Source: an uncultured Anaerolineaceae bacterium
GTDB lineage: Bacteria > Chloroflexota > Anaerolineae > Anaerolineales > E44-bin32
Length of the DNA stretch: 32,667 bases
Assembly: GCA_964549025.1 (NCBI GenBank)
Contig: CAZJUE010000005.1
Span: 1 to 32,667 of the forward strand
Direction of reading: 5' to 3'
Positions 26,287 to 32,667 of this stretch are shown here, one piece after another. The notes under the pieces are model-generated. The model searched no databases, was not told the DNA's origin, and saw only the letters and a list, made by a program, of their open reading frames with translations. Positions within the stretch are counted from its first letter, which is position 1. Each line of letters opens with the position of its first letter. The translations under genes were made by a program, and so were the position numbers.

Positions 26287-26823
26287 ATGGGGCAGCGGTC
26301 GCTCTCGGCGCGGACGGTATCGGTGCTGGCAGTAAGCATCGCCCTGGTGACGGTCACGGTTTCGGTGATCAAGATCCCAGTCGCGGCGACCGGCGGCTTC
26401 TGGCATACCGGAGTGATCGCCGAGACCTTTCTGGCCACTGCCTTCGGTCCGCTGATCGGCGCGGTGGCGGCCGGTGTAGGAGCGGCAATCGCCGACCTGG
26501 CCGGCGGCTTCGGCTCCTTCGCCCCGCTTACCCTGATCGCCCACGGCAGCACTGGTTTGGTGGTCGGCCTGCTGGCCTGGCGCAAAGGTTGGGCCGGAAT
26601 GCTGATCGGATGGATCCTGGGAGGTCTGGCACAGGTGGCGCTGTACTTCGCAGGCGAGGCCACGCTGTACGGGTTCGGCGCGGCCGGCGCGGCGGCCGAA
26701 CTCCCGCTGAATCTGATTCAGGTCGGGTTGGGTTTTTTCGGCCTGGTGCTGTTCACCATCGTGCGACAGGCCTACCCTCAAATCGAGCGCTTGGCCGGCG
26801 GCGAGCGCTTCGAAGAGGTGTGA
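26287..26823 (+). CDS. ECF transporter S component
   Basis: Small hydrophobic protein, IPVAATGGF, FGPLIG, GAAIADL, APLTLIAHG; SD GGAGGAG; precedes ecfA/A'/T. Confidence 0.85.
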   Translation: MGQRSLSARTVSVLAVSIALVTVTVSVIKIPVAATGGFWHTGVIAETFLATAFGPLIGAVAAGVGAAIADLAGGFGSFAPLTLIAHGSTGLVVGLLAWRKGWAGMLIGWILGGLAQVALYFAGEATLYGFGAAGAAAELPLNLIQVGLGFFGLVLFTIVRQAYPQIERLAGGERFEEV

Positions 26824-26898
26824 GGCGCACGACTTCGCTTTGGTGGCCGCCGGGCGACTTCACGGCGTCGCCCCGCCGCAATCCATCGTTTTTTCAAG

Positions 26899-27756
26899 AT
26901 GACTGACATCGTAGAGGTCGACGACCTCTGGTACGCCTATCCTAATTCTGAGGCCGAACCGTCGCCATGGGTACTGCAGGGCATCAGCCTGCGGTTGACG
27001 GCCGGACAGTTGACATGCCTGATGGGACCCAGCGGCGCGGGCAAGTCGACCTTGGCGCTGGCGCTGAACGGCAGCGTTCCGCAGTCCACCGGCGGTCGAA
27101 TCCGCGGTCGAGTGCTGGTGGAGGGGCTCGACACCAAACGGGTGCCGGTGCCCCAGATTGCGACCCGGGTGGGGATCGTGTTTCAGGACCCGGAGACCCA
27201 ATTCCTGCAGGCCAGCGTGGAAGCCGAAGTGGCATTTGGGATGGAAAACCTGGGGGTAGCTCCGGATCGCATTCGCCAGCGGGTACGGGAGGCCCTGGAG
27301 TGGGTGGGATTAGCCGGAATGCAAGCCCGTGCGCCGCAACAGCTTTCGGGAGGCGAGAAACAGCGGGTGGCGATCGCCGCGGTCCTGGCTATGGCTCCTA
27401 CGGTGCTGGTGCTGGATGAGCCGACCGCCAGCCTTGATCCGCAAGGCAAGGCTCAAGTATTTGCGGCAATTCGAAAATTGCGATCCGAACACACCGTGCT
27501 GGTGATCACTCAGGACAGCGAGTGGGCGGCAGACTATGCCGACCGGGTGCTGGTGCTCAGCGAGGGCAAGCTGGCGGCGGCAGGCGATGCCGCCGAAGTG
27601 CTGTCTGAAGTCGAACTGCTGGCCCGCTATGGGCTACGGGGGCCACAGGTCAGCGAGCTGGCACACTGCCTTAACCAGCGCGCCGGCGCGCCAGTCTACC
27701 GCTTCACCCAATTGGAAGAAGCCAGGCGGGAACTGGCGGACACTCCAGCGCGGTGA
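26899..27756 (+). CDS. ecfA: ECF transporter ATPase
   Basis: GPSGAGKS, VFQDPETQ, LSGGEKQR, LDEPTASLD. Confidence 0.92.
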   Translation: MTDIVEVDDLWYAYPNSEAEPSPWVLQGISLRLTAGQLTCLMGPSGAGKSTLALALNGSVPQSTGGRIRGRVLVEGLDTKRVPVPQIATRVGIVFQDPETQFLQASVEAEVAFGMENLGVAPDRIRQRVREALEWVGLAGMQARAPQQLSGGEKQRVAIAAVLAMAPTVLVLDEPTASLDPQGKAQVFAAIRKLRSEHTVLVITQDSEWAADYADRVLVLSEGKLAAAGDAAEVLSEVELLARYGLRGPQVSELAHCLNQRAGAPVYRFTQLEEARRELADTPAR

Positions 27757-27763
27757 AACTCAA

Positions 27764-28579
27764 ATGACCACACCGGCCATACAGGTGCGTCAAGCGAGCT
27801 TTTCCTACGCTACTGGCGCGGCCGTGCTTCGAAGCGTCGACCTGACGCTCATGCCCGGGGAGTTCATGGCATTGATTGGCCCCAACGGGTCGGGCAAAAC
27901 CACACTCGCCAAGCTGCTAGTCGGGCTGCTGCGGCCGGAAAGCGGACAGATTTCCATCGACGGCCAGGCTCTCGAGCAGCTTCCGGTGAGCGAACGGGCC
28001 CGCCTTGTGGGCTTTGTATTTCAGAACCCCGATCATCAGCTCTTCAGCGCGACCGTAGGGCAGGAATTGGGGCTCGGTCCGCGCAATCTGGAGCTGTCGG
28101 ATGAGCAGACACAACTGCGAATCGAGCAAGCGGCAGCCGAATTCGGTTTGAGGGACATGCTCGAGCAGCGGGTGGGCGCATTGAGTTATGGACAGCGCAA
28201 AACGCTCAGTCTGGCGTCGGTGGCTACGCTGCGGCCACACATCTGGATTCTGGACGAGCCAACCAGCGGGCTGCACTGGCGGGCCGCCCAGGCGTTGCTG
28301 GATTGGGTGGCGGAGCGCACCCGAGCCGGCCACTCGGCGCTGCTGATCACCCACGACATGCGCCTGGTGGCCGAGTACGCCGGGCGGGCGGCGCTGATGC
28401 AGAACGGGCGGATCGTCGCCGGCGGGGCGCCATATCAGCTGTTTGGAGAGGCGGAGTTGTTGTCGCAGGCTGATTTGCAGCCGCCGCCGATCGTGCGGTT
28501 GGCGCATCAGCTGGGGATGCCGCCCGAGGTAGTCACAGTTGGTGCGGCCTGCCAAGCCTATGGGGAGCGCCGTGGTTGA
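27764..28579 (+). CDS. ecfA: ECF transporter ATPase (second)
   Basis: GPNGSGKT, VFQNPDHQLF, LSYGQRK, LDEPT, ITHD; start moved to ATG 27764. Confidence 0.9.
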   Translation: MTTPAIQVRQASFSYATGAAVLRSVDLTLMPGEFMALIGPNGSGKTTLAKLLVGLLRPESGQISIDGQALEQLPVSERARLVGFVFQNPDHQLFSATVGQELGLGPRNLELSDEQTQLRIEQAAAEFGLRDMLEQRVGALSYGQRKTLSLASVATLRPHIWILDEPTSGLHWRAAQALLDWVAERTRAGHSALLITHDMRLVAEYAGRAALMQNGRIVAGGAPYQLFGEAELLSQADLQPPPIVRLAHQLGMPPEVVTVGAACQAYGERRG

Positions 28580-29360
28580 GTTCTACACGCCGGGCGACAG
28601 TTGGCTGCACCGGGCCGACCCTCGGGTGAAATTGCTGTTCGCGGCGGTCAGTGTGGTGAGCCTGCTGCTGCTTCGCCAGCTGCTGCTGACCGCCGCCGCC
28701 GGGGTCACGGTCCTGCTGCTGTACGTCACGGCCGGCCTGCCGGCGAATCGCTCGCTGCGGCTGCTCCGGGCAATGGCGCCGATCAGCCTGTTGATGGCTG
28801 GGCTGCGCGCGGTCTTCTACCCGGCTGGCGCCGAGCTGTATGTACTGGGCCCGCTGCGGCTGACCGGTGGCGGGCTGGCGGACGGAGCCGCGCTTGGTCT
28901 GCGCCTGGTCGTGATGGCATTGGTGGTATTCCTGTGGCTCTACACCACCGAGAGCCAGGCCATTGTGCAGGGTTTTGTGCGACTGGGAATGCCGTATCCT
29001 TGGGGCCTGTCGTTGAGCATTGCGCTGCGCTACATCCCGACGGTTGGACGTGACTATCAGATCATTTCCCAATCCCAGCAGGCGCGCGGACTGGATCTGC
29101 AAACCAGGCGCGGCCTCAACCGGGTGCGCGCCATGTTGCCCAGGCTGTTGGCGCTGATCGTGAGCTCCTTCCGGGCCAGCGAACAGATGGCACGCGCCCT
29201 GGAAGCGCGTGCCTTCGGAGCTCCAGGGGTACAGCGGACCTACCTGCGCGGGCTGCGCTTCCAGCCGTCGGATTGGCTCTACCTGGCTGTGACTTTGCTG
29301 GGGTTCGCTGGATTGCTGTACCTGCGCATCCGCTTCGGGTTCGGAGCAGAGCCGCTGTGA
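28572..29360 (+). CDS. ecfT: ECF transporter transmembrane T component
   Basis: SWLHRADPRVK, LRYIP, two ARG-type motifs QARG and EARAF. Confidence 0.92.
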   Translation: MVEFYTPGDSWLHRADPRVKLLFAAVSVVSLLLLRQLLLTAAAGVTVLLLYVTAGLPANRSLRLLRAMAPISLLMAGLRAVFYPAGAELYVLGPLRLTGGGLADGAALGLRLVVMALVVFLWLYTTESQAIVQGFVRLGMPYPWGLSLSIALRYIPTVGRDYQIISQSQQARGLDLQTRRGLNRVRAMLPRLLALIVSSFRASEQMARALEARAFGAPGVQRTYLRGLRFQPSDWLYLAVTLLGFAGLLYLRIRFGFGAEPL

Positions 29361-29385
29361 TTGATGCACTGAGCGTAGATTGTTG

Positions 29386-30405
29386 ATGGGCGAACGCTTC
29401 CCGCTTGGCAAGCTGCCGAACCGGGTGCTCAGTGAGCTGCTGGCAAAGATCGATATCCAGGACCCGCGGGTTGTGGTCGGGCCGGGGGTCGGATTGGATG
29501 CGGCGGTGATCGATTTTGGCGAGCGGTACCTGGTGGTCAAGACCGATCCGATCACCTTTGCCACCGACTGGCTTGGATGGTATGCCGTTCACGTCAACGC
29601 CAACGACCTGGCCTGCATGGGCGCCACGCCATCCTGGTTTTTGGGCACCCTGCTGCTGCCGGAGGGCGCCGAGCGCGAGCAGGCGCAGCAGGTGTTCGAT
29701 CAGATCCGCCAGGCCTGCCAGGCGCTGGAAGTCGAGCTAGTGGGTGGACACACCGAAATCACACACGGGATCGATCACCCGATCCTGATCGGCTGTTTGC
29801 TGGGTGAGGTGGAAAAGGCTCGGCTGGTGACCGCCGCCGGCGCCCGCGCGGGTGATGCGGTGCTGCTGGCCGGAGGGGTGCCGATTGAGGCGGTTTCGAT
29901 CATCGCTCGCGAAAAGGCCGAGGCGCTGAAGGATCGCTTCAACGACGATTACCTGGAACGCTGCCGCCGGTTCTTGTTTGAGCCCGGTATCAGTGTAGTA
30001 AAGGCGGCCCGGCTGGCGCAGGACAGCGGGGAGATCCACGCCATGCACGATCCGACCGAAGGCGGCCTGGCGACCGGGCTGTGGGAATTGGCACAGGCAT
30101 CCGGGCTCCGGATCGAGGTGCGTCGGCGTGACATTGCCGTGCTGCCGGAGGGGCAGGCGCTGTGTGATGCGATGGGGCTGGATCCGCTGGCCAGCATCGC
30201 CTCCGGCGCGCTGCTGCTGTGCCTGCCGGCCGATGAGGCGGGGCGGGTGTGCTCGGCGCTCGAGCGGGAGTCGCTTGCCTGCCAGGTGGTGGGCGAGGTG
30301 ATCGAGGCTGGCGAACCGGAAGTGGTCATTCACGACCAGGACGGCACGAGCCAGCTGCCACTGCCTGATCGAGACGAGATCGCCAAGCTGTTTGAAACCA
30401 CCTGA
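29386..30405 (+). CDS. AIR synthase / PurM-fold protein (HypE/ThiL/SelD-like)
   Basis: GKLP, GPGVGLDAAV, KTDPI, NANDLA, GGHTE, MHDPTEGG. Confidence 0.88.
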   Translation: MGERFPLGKLPNRVLSELLAKIDIQDPRVVVGPGVGLDAAVIDFGERYLVVKTDPITFATDWLGWYAVHVNANDLACMGATPSWFLGTLLLPEGAEREQAQQVFDQIRQACQALEVELVGGHTEITHGIDHPILIGCLLGEVEKARLVTAAGARAGDAVLLAGGVPIEAVSIIAREKAEALKDRFNDDYLERCRRFLFEPGISVVKAARLAQDSGEIHAMHDPTEGGLATGLWELAQASGLRIEVRRRDIAVLPEGQALCDAMGLDPLASIASGALLLCLPADEAGRVCSALERESLACQVVGEVIEAGEPEVVIHDQDGTSQLPLPDRDEIAKLFETT

Positions 30406-30412
30406 CATTAGA

Positions 30413-30458
30413 TACAATTCTACAAAGATACAATGGTACAATAAGACAATGCGACATT
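30413..30458 (+). promoter_or_regulatory. Six hexamer direct repeats at 8-bp period upstream of the GntR gene
   Basis: TACAAT 30413, TACAAA 30421, TACAAT 30429, TACAAT 30437, GACAAT 30445, GACATT 30453. Confidence 0.7.
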
Positions 30459-30465
30459 CTAACCG

Positions 30466-30948
30466 GTGGTGGCGCTGGCTCAGCTGATTGACCTGGACCT
30501 GACGGCTCACGTCCCGATCTACACGCAGATCGGCGAGCAGCTGCGGGCGCGCATCGAGGCCGGAGAGCTGCAGGATGGCGAACAGCTCCCGACCGTCCGC
30601 CAGTTGGCGGACGACCTGCAGGTGAACTTCAACACTGTAGCGCGAGCCTACCGGATGCTGGACGAACAGGGCTGGATCTCGACCCAACATGGTCGCGGGA
30701 CCTTTGTGCTTGACGCAGCCCAGCGTCGGGGAAAAAGCCGAGGTGCTGCGCCCGATCAAGCATCTGACGGTAGCCAGCCTGCCACCGCGGCCGGCCAGAG
30801 GGGCGATCCCGACCGCGCGGCTCGGCCGACGCTGCGTCAGCTGGTGCGTGGGTTCGCCGATCAGGCCCAGCGTTACGGTTTCTCGCCTGAACAGGTGGCG
30901 CGCGAAGTGGGCTACGTGCTGGAGCAATGGGCTCAGGAAGAAGAGTGA
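30466..30948 (+). CDS. GntR family regulator, YtrA subfamily
   Basis: PIYTQI, LPTVRQLA, VNFNTVARAY, GRGTFV; short C-terminal helix; upstream of an ABC ATPase. Confidence 0.92.
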   Translation: MVALAQLIDLDLTAHVPIYTQIGEQLRARIEAGELQDGEQLPTVRQLADDLQVNFNTVARAYRMLDEQGWISTQHGRGTFVLDAAQRRGKSRGAAPDQASDGSQPATAAGQRGDPDRAARPTLRQLVRGFADQAQRYGFSPEQVAREVGYVLEQWAQEEE

Positions 30949-31121
30949 ACCCCACGTTTCACGTGAAACATCTTGAGCGCCGACCGGTTTCCCGGGGGGC
31001 CGAAGCGCGCAACGGTGAGCCGGCTGTCGAGCACCCGCGCGGCGGTGAGGCAGCCGACCGGCGCCCGCGCAGCAGTGATCCAGCACTCCGGCGACCGCGC
31101 AACGGCGGATCGGTGAATTGA
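30945..31121 (+). CDS. Possible 58-aa small ORF with 10-aa repeats
   Basis: GTG overlaps the GntR stop (GTGA) and its TGA overlaps the next TTG start (TTGA). Confidence 0.3.
   Translation: MNPTFHVKHLERRPVSRGAEARNGEPAVEHPRGGEAADRRPRSSDPALRRPRNGGSVN
30955..30970. other. parS centromere-like site (CGTTTCACGTGAAACA)
   Basis: 15/16 match to the canonical TGTTTCACGTGAAACA; the 14-bp core is a perfect palindrome. Confidence 0.85.
31001..31110. repeat. Degenerate 30-bp tandem repeat, 4 copies
   Basis: Cores CGCGCAACGGTGA (31006), CGCGCGGCGGTGA (31036), CGCGCAGCAGTGA (31066), CGCGCAACGGCGG (31096). Confidence 0.7.
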
Positions 31122-31981
31122 TAGTGGACGTCTTGCTGCGTCTGCTGAACGGACTGCTGATGCTGGCGATGCCGCTGGCGCTGGGGGTGTACTTGGCACG
31201 GCGGCTAGGCCAGCGCTGGGGATTGTACCTGGCCGGGGCGGCGACCTTCATTGCCTCACAGGTGCTGCACCTTCCGTTCAACCTGCTGTTGCTGAACCCG
31301 CGTCTGGAGCTCGGTCAAGGCGAACTCACGCTGGGATTTGCCGCCTCGGCGGCCATGTTGGGGCTATCGGCCGGGGTCTTCGAGGAGACGGCCCGCTACT
31401 TGGTGCTGCGGTTCTGGCAGCGCACAGCCCGCTCCTGGCGAGAAGCGCTGATGTTCGGCGCCGGCCACGGTGGAATAGAGGCCATCATCGTGGGGGCGAT
31501 CGTGCTGCTGACGCTGGCACAGATGATCGCCTACCGCGGCGTCGATCTGAGCACCGTGGTTCCGGCGAATCAACTGGAGCTCGCACAGCAGCAGGTCGCC
31601 GAATACTGGGCCGCCGGGCCGTCGCTGGCGCTGTTGGGCGCGCTGGAGCGGCTGTTCGCACTGTGCTTGCACCTTTCGCTGTCGGTGATGGTGATGCGGG
31701 CGTTTACCCATGACAACCGCTGGTGGGTGGCTGCGGCGATCGGATGGCACGCGCTGGTGGATGCGGTGGCGGTCTTCAGCCTGCCGCTGCTGGGCCCAGT
31801 GACGACCGAAGCACTGATCGGCCTGTCCGCCGCGCTCAGTGTGCTGCTGGTATTCCGGCTGCGCTGGGAAGCCCCACCGGTGGACAGGCCCATCGAGGGG
31901 ATGGCTCCGGTTGCACGGCCGCCCGAGCGGGTGAAGGCGAGCGCCGAGTCCATTGAACGATCGCAGTATACCGATGTCTGA
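31118..31981 (+). CDS. YhfC family intramembrane protease (PrsW-related)
   Basis: AGVFEETARY, FGAGHGGIEA, ALERL...HLSLS, WHALVD; multi-TM. Confidence 0.88.
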   Translation: MIVDVLLRLLNGLLMLAMPLALGVYLARRLGQRWGLYLAGAATFIASQVLHLPFNLLLLNPRLELGQGELTLGFAASAAMLGLSAGVFEETARYLVLRFWQRTARSWREALMFGAGHGGIEAIIVGAIVLLTLAQMIAYRGVDLSTVVPANQLELAQQQVAEYWAAGPSLALLGALERLFALCLHLSLSVMVMRAFTHDNRWWVAAAIGWHALVDAVAVFSLPLLGPVTTEALIGLSAALSVLLVFRLRWEAPPVDRPIEGMAPVARPPERVKASAESIERSQYTDV

Positions 31982-32008
31982 AAAGCGACGACTTGAGGTG
32001 AGGACCGT

Positions 32009-32667
32009 ATGATTCGCATTGAAGGCCTTACCAAGCGGTTCGACCAGACCGTGGCGGTGGATGATCTGCACTTCGAAGTGCAGGCCGGCGAGGTGTTCGG
32101 CTTCTTGGGGCCGAATGGCGCCGGCAAGACCACCACCATCCGCATGTTGACCGGCCTGATCAGCCCCACCAGCGGCAGCGCCGAGGTGGCGGGTTTCAGG
32201 CTCGGAACCGACGACCAGGCCCTGCGAGAGCGGGTCGGGGTGTTGACCGAGGCTCCGGGGTTGTACGATCAACTGAGCGCACGTCGCAACCTGACCTTCT
32301 ACGCCGAGCTGTACGGGGTCGACGATGTGCCGGGCCAGGTCGAAAAATACCTGCGGATGCTGGGCCTGTGGGATCGGCGGAGCGAAGCGAGTGGCACCTT
32401 CTCGCGCGGAATGCGTCAGAAACTGGCTATTGCCCGGGCATTGCTGCACGAACCGCCGGTGCTGTTCCTGGACGAGCCGACAACCGGGCTTGATCCGGAG
32501 GCTGCTCGTTTGATGCGCGATTTCATCGCCGGGCTCAAGGGCCAGGGCCGCACCATCTTCCTGTGCACTCACAATCTGGACGAGGCCGATCGGCTGTGCG
32601 ACCGGGTTGGGGTGATCAACACTCGCCTGCTGGCGCTGGATTCGCCGGCCGCGCTGCGCCGGGAGCT
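32009..32667 (+). CDS. ABC-2 type exporter ATP-binding protein (partial, runs off the window)
   Basis: MIRIEGLTKRF, GPNGAGKT, FSRGMRQK, FLDEPTTGLD, CTHNL; absent from the ORF track because it has no stop in the window. Confidence 0.93.
   Translation, partial: MIRIEGLTKRFDQTVAVDDLHFEVQAGEVFGFLGPNGAGKTTTIRMLTGLISPTSGSAEVAGFRLGTDDQALRERVGVLTEAPGLYDQLSARRNLTFYAELYGVDDVPGQVEKYLRMLGLWDRRSEASGTFSRGMRQKLAIARALLHEPPVLFLDEPTTGLDPEAARLMRDFIAGLKGQGRTIFLCTHNLDEADRLCDRVGVINTRLLALDSPAALRRE

Noticed and set aside
29386-30405. Could be selenophosphate synthetase SelD, given the selenoprotein
   Set aside because: No N-terminal Cys/Sec-x-x-Lys motif and no in-frame UGA extension that would supply it.
29737-31281. 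Long antisense ORFs (this 514-aa one; also 31364-32572, 18796-19917, 10682-11662, 24080-25177)
   Set aside because: Shadow frames of well-supported genes in high-GC DNA with no recognisable motifs.

Overview
GC-rich bacterial chromosome segment, densely coding. Gene content and VEVTREVEV-type lipoprotein linkers suggest Chloroflexota/Anaerolineae (inference). Contents in order: a MoxR AAA+ / DUF58 / transglutaminase operon; an OsmC-like gene split by an in-frame TGA with a SECIS-like hairpin (probable selenoprotein, missed by the ORF track); a CUT1 carbohydrate ABC importer; an SDR; lipA; a lipoprotein fusing a metal-ligand-less metallo-beta-lactamase fold to a lysyl-oxidase domain, downstream of a Tat-exported DUF1800/DUF1501 pair; csaA; an epoxide-hydrolase-like fusion; a LiaF-like protein; an F420-dependent LLM oxidoreductase; YumC-type FNR; gmk; an FmdB zinc ribbon; tmk; an AAA-R3H protein; an ECF transporter with a PurM-fold enzyme; and a YtrA/GntR-YhfC-ABC unit containing a parS site and two periodic repeat arrays. 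No tRNA, rRNA, CRISPR array or mobile element was seen. All family assignments are from recognised motifs, not database searches.
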